DNA from: a virus
Strand: one strand, 5' to 3'
Virus record (IMG/VR): IMGVR_UViG_3300020204_000022
Span: 8,555 to 72,554 of that record
DNA: 64,000 bases
The position numbers and the translations under genes were made by a program. This document shows positions 21,238-30,068 of the stretch, in pieces (the stretch's first letter is position 1; each line of letters starts with the position of its first letter). The notes beneath the pieces were generated by a model. That model was not told the DNA's origin. It saw nothing but the letters and a program-made list of their open reading frames with translations, and did not search any database.

Positions 21238-22302
21238 ATGGAACTCGCCAAAATAGAAAATCTAGTCGAAACTGTTCTCAGAAAATCCTTTCCTGGAGAT
21301 TCTGCCAGACAAAAAATTTACCTGGCCGGCAACAGAATCAATTTTTCTTGTCCTTACTGTGGAGACAGTTCAACGGGAAGGAAAAAGAGAGGAAACTTTT
21401 ATCTGACCACTTTGTGTTATAAGTGTTATAATGGGGGATGTGGTATTTTTAAAGATGGCTATGCTTTCTTTACAGATTTTGAAGTTCTGTCTGAGCTGAA
21501 TCCTGAAGATAGAAGAGAAATCCTTAAGATCGTCAAGGAAAGTAAAGAAAAAAGAAAAACACATTATGGGGATGTTGATATTTCAATGTTGTTTGAAATC
21601 GACTTCAAAAAATGTGTTATCCCCAGAAATGTTTTAATACAACGTTTGAATTTGGAAAATGTTGAGGGTTCTTCAATCGCCGGATATTTAAAAAGAAGAA
21701 ATCAAGTTCTTGACCACAGGTTCGCATGGGATCCGGCGGAGGAAAGACTTTTCCTTTTCAATTTGACCAAAGATGAAGAAATTTTAGGTCTTCAGGTCAG
21801 ATCCATGTCCAAATCAACCAGGGCTTCTAAATATTACACCTACAAGTTGAGCGGGATCTGGGAGAAAATGATGGGCGAGACCAACCCTGAATTTTTAATG
21901 GAATGTGGTAAGATAGATCCTATCTCCCATGTTTTTGGAATAGGTCGAATTTCATTCGATCGTACGATCACAATTTTTGAGGGCCCAATGGATTCTTGGT
22001 TCTGGGAAAATTCGGTTGGTCTTTGTTCGATAGAAAACAAATTTCCATTTGAATTTGAAGACATCAGATTTTGGTACGATTGGGATAAAGCAGGAAGAAC
22101 AAAATCTTTGGAAATGCTCACCAAAGGAAATTTGGTTTTCAACTGGAGAAAATTTTTAGAAGATCACAACCTACCCCTGGACAAAAAGTGGGATTTAAAC
22201 GATCTGGTGAATTATCTTCGTTTGAAGAAATTGAAGATCAGAAGATTTGAAGATTATTTCACAAAAGAAACTTTAGATCTAACATACTTCATGGAGGTTT
22301 AA
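21238..22302 (+). CDS. T4 gp61-like DNA primase (zinc ribbon + TOPRIM)
   Basis: FSCPYCGDSSTGRKKRGNFY..CYKCYNGGC (gp61: CPVCGDSKTDQNKARGWYY..CYNCNYH). TOPRIM motif IFEGPMDSWF (gp61 VLEGPIDSLF). WYDWD acidic motif. Confidence 0.8.
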   Translation: MELAKIENLVETVLRKSFPGDSARQKIYLAGNRINFSCPYCGDSSTGRKKRGNFYLTTLCYKCYNGGCGIFKDGYAFFTDFEVLSELNPEDRREILKIVKESKEKRKTHYGDVDISMLFEIDFKKCVIPRNVLIQRLNLENVEGSSIAGYLKRRNQVLDHRFAWDPAEERLFLFNLTKDEEILGLQVRSMSKSTRASKYYTYKLSGIWEKMMGETNPEFLMECGKIDPISHVFGIGRISFDRTITIFEGPMDSWFWENSVGLCSIENKFPFEFEDIRFWYDWDKAGRTKSLEMLTKGNLVFNWRKFLEDHNLPLDKKWDLNDLVNYLRLKKLKIRRFEDYFTKETLDLTYFMEV

Positions 22303-22304
22303 AC

Positions 22305-22514
22305 ATGTTCTTACACGATTATAATCCTGAGAAGCCACCAAAAAAACAAAATGGGCTGAAATTTCCTATCACCCTCCATGAGGTCGATGAACTACATTCT
22401 TTGAATGTGATCGAAGATCTAGCATCTTACGAAGAACCTAAATTGAAACAAAAGAAGTCGATCCCAGTAGATTTAAATAGAAAGAAAAAAAATAACAGAA
22501 ATCAATTATTCTAA
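22305..22514 (+). CDS. Hypothetical small basic protein
   Basis: 69 codons starting 2 nt after the primase stop. Lys-rich. Confidence 0.35.
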   Translation: MFLHDYNPEKPPKKQNGLKFPITLHEVDELHSLNVIEDLASYEEPKLKQKKSIPVDLNRKKKNNRNQLF

Positions 22515-22516
22515 AA

Positions 22517-22954
22517 GTGGCAGATACAGATTTTCACAAAGTTTTCGAATCGGAAAGAGCCGAATGGAGAGAAAAAATCCAGGTTATTTCTTTAAGTTTG
22601 AAGAACATCAGAACTGTGGCAGAGGCACAAATCGAACTTTTTAGCACCAGACAAATTTTGATCGAGTACAGCTTCAAACTGGCATCGATCATTTCCAAGC
22701 TTTCATCAAGAGAAAGACAAGAAAGGGCAAAAAAGTTGAAGGAATACCAGGAAAACAAAGATATCAGGTATGGTAGCAATGAAACCAAAACTCTAATCGA
22801 AGGAGATCTTGCCGAGATAACACAAAAAATAGAACTCGTAGAAGGACACCGTAAATTCATGGATCAGACTGTTCAAACTGTTGACCACATGCTATATGGG
22901 ATAAAACAAAGAGTTTCTTTGGAAGAATATCTGAGAGGAAGCACAATAAAATAA
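22517..22954 (+). CDS. Hypothetical coiled-coil protein
   Basis: GTG start 2 nt after the previous stop, helical throughout. The N-terminus MADTDFHKVFESE is a possible variant of the leader motif. Confidence 0.4.
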   Translation: MADTDFHKVFESERAEWREKIQVISLSLKNIRTVAEAQIELFSTRQILIEYSFKLASIISKLSSRERQERAKKLKEYQENKDIRYGSNETKTLIEGDLAEITQKIELVEGHRKFMDQTVQTVDHMLYGIKQRVSLEEYLRGSTIK

Positions 22955-22966
22955 TTTCACCTGAGC

Positions 22967-24490
22967 ATGTTGAAGTTTACAGTTTCCGAAGATCGCCAGT
23001 GGCTCATCATGAGCAATCTTGTCACGGAAGTAGAAAAAAGACAAATTGAGATTTCTCTAACAAGAAAAGTTCACAATTGGTTTTTCCATCCTCTGGTCAA
23101 GAAAAAAATCTGGGATGGAAACATTTGTTTTGTAGAAAAAAAAGGTTTGGTTTGGAGAGTTCCGATAGGTCTATGGATGGAGATCTTTAACATAGGAAAA
23201 GAATTCGGATATGAAGTTCAGATAGAAGGCCTGGATTCATTGCTACTTTCAGATCTGACTTTGGAGGAATTCCAAAATTGGGTGAACGAATTTTTTGAAA
23301 ACAAAGAAATAAAACCAAGGGACTATCAGATTGAGGCCGCCTGGAAGATCGTCAAATATCGTTATTCGGTTTCTGAGATAGCAACTTCATCTGGTAAAAC
23401 ACTCATTGCCTTCATGATTTTGACTTTTCTAAAATCTAGGAATTTGATTCGAAAATTCCTGATGGTGGTTCCCAGCACCAATCTTGTTTTTCAAGGAAAC
23501 GACGACTTTTTGGATTATGGGATCGGGGAACTTGGAGTAAAGATACAACAGATAGGTGGGGGTAGCAAGATAAGAGAAGGCTGTGACATTATCATCGGAA
23601 CATTTCAGTCTTTGGTGAAACAAGAACAAGATTTCTTTGAGGGCATAGACGCCGTTTTTGTGGATGAGGCCCATCACACTAATTCTATGTCCATCAAGAA
23701 AATCATGTCGAAATGTATGGGGACCGGGTGGCGTTTTGGACTAACCGGGACTCTTACCAAGAGGGGAACGGCAGACCATCTTACGATCCAGCAATTTTTA
23801 GGTCCGGTCATTGTGGAGATATCCCCCGACTTTTTGTTCCAAAACAAACACGCTACTCCGGTGGCAATCAAAGTTGTGATGCTCGACTGGTTAGATTCTG
23901 AAATCAAGGACAAACTAGCCCAGCTTAAATTCACCTCCCAAAATTTAGAAGGAACAGAAATTTACAACATTGAAAGAAAGATGGTGGTGGAAAGCGAAAA
24001 GAGACTTGCCTACATCGTGGATTTTGTGGCCAAAACTTCTAAAAATTCTTTGGTTCTTTTTCAATCCGTTAAGGACGAATATGGAAAACAAATTTGGAAT
24101 CGTCTGAGAGAACTAGATTCCTCGAAAGAGGTTTTCTATGTGGACGGCGACACGGATGAAAAATTGAGGGAAGAGTACAAATCCAGAATGGGGGATGGAG
24201 AAAATAAAATCCTTGTTGCCACTTTCGGAACCTTTGCCACCGGTATTTCCATCAATAACCTTCACAACATTTTTCTGGTAGAATCCTACAAGAGCGAGAT
24301 TCTGATCAAGCAAAGTCTCGGCAGAGGTATGAGGTTGATGGAGGGAAAGGAGAAGGTGAATGTCATCGATTTTGTGGATGATTTTTCCTCCCCAAAATAC
24401 ACAAATTATTTAATGAAACACGGGCAGGCAAGAATTGAAATTTACAAAAACGAAAAATTCAAGTACCAAATTTTCAAGGTAAAGCTGTAA
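22967..24490 (+). CDS. uvsW: UvsW-like SF2 DNA helicase
   Basis: Walker A ATSSGKT, DEAH box FVDEAHH, and LTGT. The C-terminus YLMKHGQARIEIYKNEKFKYQIFKVKL is collinear with T4 UvsW (..YLLKHGIDRIQRYADEKFNYVMKTVNL). Confidence 0.85.
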   Translation: MLKFTVSEDRQWLIMSNLVTEVEKRQIEISLTRKVHNWFFHPLVKKKIWDGNICFVEKKGLVWRVPIGLWMEIFNIGKEFGYEVQIEGLDSLLLSDLTLEEFQNWVNEFFENKEIKPRDYQIEAAWKIVKYRYSVSEIATSSGKTLIAFMILTFLKSRNLIRKFLMVVPSTNLVFQGNDDFLDYGIGELGVKIQQIGGGSKIREGCDIIIGTFQSLVKQEQDFFEGIDAVFVDEAHHTNSMSIKKIMSKCMGTGWRFGLTGTLTKRGTADHLTIQQFLGPVIVEISPDFLFQNKHATPVAIKVVMLDWLDSEIKDKLAQLKFTSQNLEGTEIYNIERKMVVESEKRLAYIVDFVAKTSKNSLVLFQSVKDEYGKQIWNRLRELDSSKEVFYVDGDTDEKLREEYKSRMGDGENKILVATFGTFATGISINNLHNIFLVESYKSEILIKQSLGRGMRLMEGKEKVNVIDFVDDFSSPKYTNYLMKHGQARIEIYKNEKFKYQIFKVKL

Positions 24491-24498
24491 TCGAAAGA

Positions 24499-24508
24499 AG
24501 ATATATAG
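24499..24508 (+). promoter_or_regulatory. GATATATA-type conserved upstream motif
   Basis: AGATATATAG, 17 nt before ATG 24526. Confidence 0.5.
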
Positions 24509-24525
24509 GTAAAATTAAATTTGGT

Positions 24526-25008
24526 ATGCCTCCATTACTTAAATTCGATGAATTCAATTTCATAAACGAAAATTCAACCCGGAAAAAATGGGAAGATTTG
24601 GAAGCTAGAATTAGAGCCAAAGTTCCCGAAATAGGTGGGGAAACTTGGAGAGGATCCTCGAGCTGGACGGATGCCAGTATAGACAACCCGGAAGGAGCTC
24701 TAGGAAGAATTTTGGGTGGTATTGGAATTGGTCTCTCAAAGGCTGGCAAAGCAATTTTTGGTGCCATTGGAGATAAATTTAATTCGGGTTCAAAAGGCGA
24801 AGAGGAAGCTTTCAGCCGGTGGGGTGAAAATATCCAGTCCAGCGGTAAGAACAAACAAAAAGATTATGAAGATTTTTACACCAAATCCATTTACTCCGGC
24901 AAAGAAACTTTCGGTCCTGATTTTGATGTTGAAAAACCCAGAACCAGAGAACAGAGAAAATACCGAGATTATCTTAGAAGATCAAGATCATATTTTGACA
25001 TAGACTAA
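24526..25008 (+). CDS. Hypothetical protein with N-terminal leader motif
   Basis: Begins MPPLLKFDEFNFINE|NS. AGATATATAG lies 17 nt upstream. Gly-rich hydrophobic centre ILGGIGIGLSKAGKAIFGAIG. Confidence 0.5.
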   Translation: MPPLLKFDEFNFINENSTRKKWEDLEARIRAKVPEIGGETWRGSSSWTDASIDNPEGALGRILGGIGIGLSKAGKAIFGAIGDKFNSGSKGEEEAFSRWGENIQSSGKNKQKDYEDFYTKSIYSGKETFGPDFDVEKPRTREQRKYRDYLRRSRSYFDID

Positions 25009-25947
25009 ATGATTGCTAATTTTAACCAATTTATGAGATTAAACGAAGGCGGATCTGCCATCAAATCCTCACGTAGAATTCGAGAGGACGAAGCACAGTC
25101 CACACTGGACCACATCGAATCAACTTTATTTCCCCTTTTAGGTGGTGGTAATTTCGATGAAGATTTTTTGCTCATCGGAAGTATTGGAAAAAAGAAAAAT
25201 CCGGAAGATGACTCGGGAGACGTTGATTTAGGTATTTCAAAGGAATTTCTTGTGGATCAAATGGGTTCTACACCCGAAAATGTTCTGGTAGATTTGGAAC
25301 AATATTTGAAATCAGAATTACCAGAATTTCTTGGATTTGAACCCGAAATGAAGTTAATGAAGGGATTGGGTGTACTTTCTATCGGATGGCCTATTGGAGG
25401 AGAGCCTGAAAGAGGTATTGTTCAGCTCGACCTTATTCCTCTATCCGATATGGATTGGGCAAGGTTTATTTATTACTCTCCAGACTATCGTCTGGACGAA
25501 TCTGTTTACAAATCTGCCCATAGAAATTGGCTATTTCAGGCCATTCTTTCCTCTTTGAAAGAGGTAGAAAGTGTGGACGATGATGGAAATATCATGGATT
25601 ACGAAGGTTATGTTTTGAGATTAAGCGAAGGAATTTTCAAATCAAAAAAATCATATCGTGGAATCAAAAAACCCAGACTTTCCCGGCCACAAACCATAGA
25701 AGGAACAGCCCAATTTATTACCAACGATCCAAAAGAGGCAGTAGAACTTATGTTTGGGCCAGGAATTAGACCCGATCAAGTAAAAACATTCGAAGATGCC
25801 TGGTCCCAAGTTACTTCTCTCAATTATGTTTATAACGATAGATTTCCAGAAATCATGGAAGACTTTGTCAGATATCTAGAAAATGCTAAATTACCAATTC
25901 CCTCCGAGGTACAGGCAAAACAAAATTTGGTGCCAGATGATGTTTGA
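25009..25947 (+). CDS. Pol-beta-superfamily nucleotidyltransferase with N-terminal leader motif
   Basis: LLIGSIGKKKNPEDDSGDVDLGI fits the hG[GS]-x(9-13)-D-h-D-h signature. A third acidic residue candidate lies in IVQLDLIP. The N-terminus is MIANFNQFMRLNE|GG. Confidence 0.6.
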   Translation: MIANFNQFMRLNEGGSAIKSSRRIREDEAQSTLDHIESTLFPLLGGGNFDEDFLLIGSIGKKKNPEDDSGDVDLGISKEFLVDQMGSTPENVLVDLEQYLKSELPEFLGFEPEMKLMKGLGVLSIGWPIGGEPERGIVQLDLIPLSDMDWARFIYYSPDYRLDESVYKSAHRNWLFQAILSSLKEVESVDDDGNIMDYEGYVLRLSEGIFKSKKSYRGIKKPRLSRPQTIEGTAQFITNDPKEAVELMFGPGIRPDQVKTFEDAWSQVTSLNYVYNDRFPEIMEDFVRYLENAKLPIPSEVQAKQNLVPDDV

Positions 25948-26365
25948 TCCTTTGTACACGGCCTTGGATTTTTTCCTTGATGGCGATTCCCCCCAGGCGG
26001 TCGTCAGAGATGGAAAGTTGGTGCTGTTCAAAACAGAAAACGGTTCTTCTGGTTTAATTATCAAAACAAAACACGGGGACAGAAAAATCGTGTTGAACAA
26101 CGAGGTAATTTACACTTTGGAAAAAAAGGTCTTCGAATTGATTGATTTCGAAAATTTTGATCCTCCAGGAATTCAGATTTACCTTCCTAAACTTATTTTG
26201 GCTTGGAATTCTCCTTTACAGTTAAAATCAAAGATCTTTGTTAGAAAAATTATCGAAGGAATTAGTCAGGTTATTCATTTGGATCTGGTTGAAGATTTAA
26301 ACAAAGAAATGGAAAAGGCGTTTGGGATATTTACATTTGTAAAGGATCTCCCATTAAATAAATAA
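25937..26365 (+). CDS. Hypothetical protein
   Basis: In-frame ATGATG at 25937 overlaps the upstream stop (ATGATGTTTGA). The tracked start at 25883 would overlap by 65 nt. Confidence 0.4.
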   Translation: MMFDPLYTALDFFLDGDSPQAVVRDGKLVLFKTENGSSGLIIKTKHGDRKIVLNNEVIYTLEKKVFELIDFENFDPPGIQIYLPKLILAWNSPLQLKSKIFVRKIIEGISQVIHLDLVEDLNKEMEKAFGIFTFVKDLPLNK

Positions 26366-26368
26366 ATT

Positions 26369-28282
26369 ATGGCAGGAATTAATCACCTATATGATATGTA
26401 CAATAAGAAAGGAGCGGAGTTTACTCAATCTCTCTTTTCTCAATTTGTTACCATCAACGAAAAGATGGATGGGTCTGCCTTTTGTTTTGAAAGAGATCTG
26501 GACACTGGAAAATTTAATTTTTATCGTAGAGATCAAAGAAATCCCATAACATTGGTCGACAGGACGTTGATGAAGTATTATGAAAAACCAATCCAGTACA
26601 TCGAATCCTTGCCTCCTGATATTTTAGAGAAAATTCCAAGAGGATGGAGATTCGGTTTTGAATATTTTGCCAACACAAGTCCGGTTGAAATTGTTTACGA
26701 TAGAATTCCCAAGAATCACCTCATTCTTTCTTTTGTCCACAAAATGGATTTACACGGAAAGATTGCCAAAACAATTCAACAAAAAGACAAGTTGGATACC
26801 TGGGCAGATCTTCTCGGAGTGGAAAGAAGTCCAATCATTTTCCAAGGATATCTGAATGAAACACAAAAAGAGCAGCTGACCGAATTTTTGGCAACCCCAT
26901 TTCCACAGTTGGTTTCCCGTTTTCAAACACAGAGTTTTGTTAGATTCATCATTTCTGTTTTGAATCCAAAATTGAAATCATCCGCCCTGAACGATGATTT
27001 AGATAAAGACGTCGAAGGAGTGGTATTCAGATTTGGAGAACCAAACTCGGAGAACGAAACTGTGCTGGCCAAAATGGTAGATCCACTGTTCACCGATTTA
27101 GCCAAAACTAAATATCAAGAAAAGAAGGATAAAAAGCCTTCTGATTTTCTTGGGATCACACTTTTGGACGTCATGAATTTTATCCTTCAACAAGGTGTAG
27201 ATTCTTTCGAGGTTGAAGGTCAGGGGGAAGACGAAAGATATATTTCTTTCATTTCTGATGTTTTTGCTAAATTTTTGGATGAAAATTCCGATAAATATAA
27301 AGGGACAGACTTTGAAGAACCTGATTATTTGAAGAAGCCCGAGTTCAGGTTGAATCGGGATTTAATCAGGGATCGTAGGGTTGCTAAATTTGTCGAAGAA
27401 GACGAGGCATACGAGTCACTGTACAAGCTGATGTTAAATTCATTCAGAAAACTTAAAACCCGTGCTTCTGGCATTGTTACCTCTGGAACTCTGGCCCAGC
27501 TAAATTTGCTAATTCAAGAAATTAAAGATCATATCGAACGTCCTAAAAAAGCAGTCAACGAATCAGAATTTGTTAGTTTTTTGGATTTTCAAAAGGATTC
27601 AAAGCCCAATGTCCAATATGTGTTGGAAGAAAGCGAGGATTCAGAGAAGAACGAGAATCCTTTACTTTCATTCGATGATTTCATTTCAAAATTAGAAAGC
27701 ATCGACCAACACTCAAATAAAGGAGAAGAGCCGTTGGTTGAGAAGGAAGAAGACAAAAAGATCAACGTTATTGTGGGTCGTTTTCAGCCTTTCCATTTGG
27801 GTCATCTGAATATGGCTAAAAAATTACACGAGAAAAATAAATTACCTTCTTTTGTGATCGTTGTTTATCCGGGACACAATAAGAGCGGAAAATCCCCATT
27901 TGGCGAGCAAACAATAAATCAGTACATGGATGCTGTGGTGAAAGAACATGGTGATGTGTTAAAAGACTACATGATTGTTCCAAGGGGTTTGTTGGGATCT
28001 GCGGTGAATAAATTGGTTGAGATGGGATTTGAACCTCATCTTGTTGGTGCAGGTGAAGATCGACAGGACGATTATGCCAAACAGATGGAATACATCAAAA
28101 AAACAGAGTTGTTTGATAAATTACCGGAAGGATTCAAATTGGTTGAAACACCAAGAAGCACATCTGCCACAGAGGTGAGATCTAAATTGGAAGAAGAAGA
28201 TTATTCCTCATTGAAAAAGATGCTTCCAAAATCGGTTCTCAATTTATATTCGGGTTTGGTCTCAGAGCTGAAAAAAAAATAG
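26369..28282 (+). CDS. Fusion protein: ATP-dependent (RNA) ligase-like nucleotidyltransferase domain + NMN-adenylyltransferase/cytidylyltransferase-like domain
   Basis: Ligase motifs: I EKMDGS (Lys codon 26462), III RFGFEYF, IV VEGVVFRF, V LAKMVDP. The C-terminal ~170 aa carry VIVGRFQPFHLGH (HxGH) and TSATEVRSKL (ISxTxxR-like). Confidence 0.65.
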   Translation: MAGINHLYDMYNKKGAEFTQSLFSQFVTINEKMDGSAFCFERDLDTGKFNFYRRDQRNPITLVDRTLMKYYEKPIQYIESLPPDILEKIPRGWRFGFEYFANTSPVEIVYDRIPKNHLILSFVHKMDLHGKIAKTIQQKDKLDTWADLLGVERSPIIFQGYLNETQKEQLTEFLATPFPQLVSRFQTQSFVRFIISVLNPKLKSSALNDDLDKDVEGVVFRFGEPNSENETVLAKMVDPLFTDLAKTKYQEKKDKKPSDFLGITLLDVMNFILQQGVDSFEVEGQGEDERYISFISDVFAKFLDENSDKYKGTDFEEPDYLKKPEFRLNRDLIRDRRVAKFVEEDEAYESLYKLMLNSFRKLKTRASGIVTSGTLAQLNLLIQEIKDHIERPKKAVNESEFVSFLDFQKDSKPNVQYVLEESEDSEKNENPLLSFDDFISKLESIDQHSNKGEEPLVEKEEDKKINVIVGRFQPFHLGHLNMAKKLHEKNKLPSFVIVVYPGHNKSGKSPFGEQTINQYMDAVVKEHGDVLKDYMIVPRGLLGSAVNKLVEMGFEPHLVGAGEDRQDDYAKQMEYIKKTELFDKLPEGFKLVETPRSTSATEVRSKLEEEDYSSLKKMLPKSVLNLYSGLVSELKKK

Positions 28283-28290
28283 ATATATAC
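28281..28290 (+). promoter_or_regulatory. GATATATA-type conserved upstream motif
   Basis: AGATATATAC, 16 nt before GTG 28307. Confidence 0.5.
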
Positions 28291-28306
28291 ACAAAAAAGA
28301 TCCACT

Positions 28307-28840
28307 GTGAAAAATTTATTCAATTATACAGATTTTCTATCCAAAAATTTGAACGAGGCCGATGGCTTTGGAACTATGCCCTTCTTGCTTAAAAAAGAAG
28401 GTGATGTTTATTACTATTTTTTCCAATTGGAAAGAGAAAAAGAAGACCCAGAGGGATTTTGTCTTATGATTGGTAAGTATTCACAATACGAGTCGATGGA
28501 TGGACCTAAAAATTCATATGCTGTTTTGAATATCAACAAAATTGGAACAGAAGTTATTGAAGACATAGCCATCAACAAGGGAAGCTTGCCAGAAAAAAAC
28601 AAAGTTTCTTTCAAATTATCCGGGGGTGAACTCTCAAGATTATTCGAACAAATTGGAAAGTGTATTTCCAGCTACCTGGAGAAAAATCCAAAAATCATCA
28701 GAATGGTTGACGAAATGAATTTTAACTTGGATATCAAGAACTATGGAGCATATTCTAAATCTCTGCTTTCTTTTGCTTTAGGAGAAGATTGGCACATGCA
28801 AGATGGATCGTCAAAAAAGATTTACCTTTGGAATCGATAA
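28307..28840 (+). CDS. Hypothetical protein with N-terminal leader motif
   Basis: The GTG start is supported by the leader MKNLFNYTDFLSKNLNE|AD and by AGATATATAC 16 nt upstream. Confidence 0.5.
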   Translation: MKNLFNYTDFLSKNLNEADGFGTMPFLLKKEGDVYYYFFQLEREKEDPEGFCLMIGKYSQYESMDGPKNSYAVLNINKIGTEVIEDIAINKGSLPEKNKVSFKLSGGELSRLFEQIGKCISSYLEKNPKIIRMVDEMNFNLDIKNYGAYSKSLLSFALGEDWHMQDGSSKKIYLWNR

Positions 28841-28917
28841 AAAAATCGAACTTATGCATCCAAAAATGGGAACTTTTTAGAATTTTTGATCTAAAATAAA
28901 ACAAAAAACCAATTATC

Positions 28918-29094
28918 ATGCAAACATTTGAAGCAATCAAATCTTTGGTAGAAACAGTTGAAACTGATTATGTGAAATTTTCAGTTAAAGGCAATATGTC
29001 TGCTGGCACCCGTGTTAGACAGTCTTTGCAAGAACTGAAAAAACTGGCTCAGCAACTTAGGCTTGAAATCCAAGAGGAAAAAAACAAAGCGTAA
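28918..29094 (+). CDS. Histone H1-like (Hc1-type) small DNA-binding protein; not in the ORF track because it is under 60 aa
   Basis: Translates to MQTFEAIKSLVETVETDYVKFSVKGNMSAGTRVRQSLQELKKLAQQLRLEIQEEKNKA. The KGN..AGTRVR..L.ELKKLAQ..R core matches the ~58-aa histone-H1-like proteins of Bacteroidota and Chlamydia as I recall them. A 10-bp-stem terminator follows directly. Confidence 0.6.
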   Translation: MQTFEAIKSLVETVETDYVKFSVKGNMSAGTRVRQSLQELKKLAQQLRLEIQEEKNKA

Positions 29095-29112
29095 TTTCTT
29101 TCTACTAATTAT

Positions 29113-29141
29113 AAAGGCAACTTTAAGAGTTGCCTTTTTTT
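29113..29141 (+). terminator. Rho-independent terminator after the Hc1-like gene
   Basis: AAAGGCAACT-TTAAG-AGTTGCCTTT is a 10-bp stem followed by a T-run. Confidence 0.8.
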
Positions 29142-29161
29142 GTGCTTTGTGATTTTATAAA

Positions 29162-29171
29162 AGATATATAG
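29162..29171 (+). promoter_or_regulatory. GATATATA-type conserved upstream motif
   Basis: AGATATATAG, 72 nt before ATG 29244 and just after a terminator. Confidence 0.45.
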
Positions 29172-29243
29172 ATCGAAAGATTTGTATTTCTTGGAGAAAC
29201 AAAAATTAGAAGAAAAGTAAAAAAAACATCTAAATAAATTTTT

Positions 29244-29450
29244 ATGCCATACTACATCGCAAGAGTACAATTCGAATCTGGTGAAACCAAGAAAAATGGA
29301 GATCCTGTCATGTCCAAAGGAGAATTTTTGGTCGAGGCAGAATCCGTTCTGGAAGTTGAACACAAAGTTGCCCAACACCTCGAGGGTGTTTCCGGATTTT
29401 TTGAAACAATCCAAATTTCAAAATCCAAAGTCGAAGCAGTGATTTCGTGA
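29244..29450 (+). CDS. Small conserved-looking protein of unknown function
   Basis: 68 codons, MPYYIARVQFESGETKKNGDPVMSKGEFLVEAESVLEVEHKV... This pattern recalls small Bacteroidota DUF proteins (low certainty). AGATATATAG lies 72 nt upstream. Confidence 0.5.
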   Translation: MPYYIARVQFESGETKKNGDPVMSKGEFLVEAESVLEVEHKVAQHLEGVSGFFETIQISKSKVEAVIS

Positions 29451-29464
29451 AATAATTCAATGGA

Positions 29465-30064
29465 ATGAAAAGAAAGAACCCGTCTCTTACCTCAAGCTAC
29501 AAACCACCAAAATCTGCCAAGAAAATTCCTTCGGGAGATACGGGTTTCAAGATTGTGGATAAGGCTTTCAAACAAAGCAATGAGGCGGAGACGAGTTCTT
29601 ATATGCCACCACAATCCCCAATTGCTATCCAGCCCGGAGACAAGGGATTCGAAATTGTGGGAAAGGCATACAACAAGTGGCTTTGGACTTTTCCCGAGTG
29701 GAAAAAGAAATCTTCTAAAATCATCAATCCGAATGCCAATTGGGGATTGAATGCAAAGCCTATGACCCCGGCGGAGATGAAGAAGAAAATGAAAAACCTT
29801 TATCTAAAAGAGGAGGATACATCTAGAGAGATTCTCAAAGGTGGTCTTGGGGATAATCTCACAATTTTAGATTTAGCAAAAAAACACACCGGATCTCTTG
29901 ACCACGATTTATCTGGTGTTGTAGATTACCTAACCAGACAATTGGTCGATGGAGTTTTTGTTGAGATGGAACACACGGATTCCCCACAAAAAGCAAGAGA
30001 GATAGCAATGGATCACCTATTTGAAGATCCGAACTATTACATTAAATTAAAAAAAATCGAATAA
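29465..30064 (+). CDS. Hypothetical protein with duplicated N-terminal unit and conserved EHT..DHL C-terminal domain
   Basis: Two ~27-aa units (SYKPPKSAKKIPSGDTGFKIVDKAFKQ and SYMPPQSPIAIQPGDKGFEIVGKAYNK). The C-terminus GGLGDN..FVEMEHTDSPQKAREIAMDHLFEDPNYYIKL resembles a phage DUF pattern. Confidence 0.5.
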   Translation: MKRKNPSLTSSYKPPKSAKKIPSGDTGFKIVDKAFKQSNEAETSSYMPPQSPIAIQPGDKGFEIVGKAYNKWLWTFPEWKKKSSKIINPNANWGLNAKPMTPAEMKKKMKNLYLKEEDTSREILKGGLGDNLTILDLAKKHTGSLDHDLSGVVDYLTRQLVDGVFVEMEHTDSPQKAREIAMDHLFEDPNYYIKLKKIE

Positions 30065-30068
30065 TAAA

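Noticed and set aside
24474-24854. A 126-aa minus-strand ORF.
   Set aside because: It is antisense to 24526..25008, which has the upstream motif and leader peptide. Its composition is typical of a shadow ORF.
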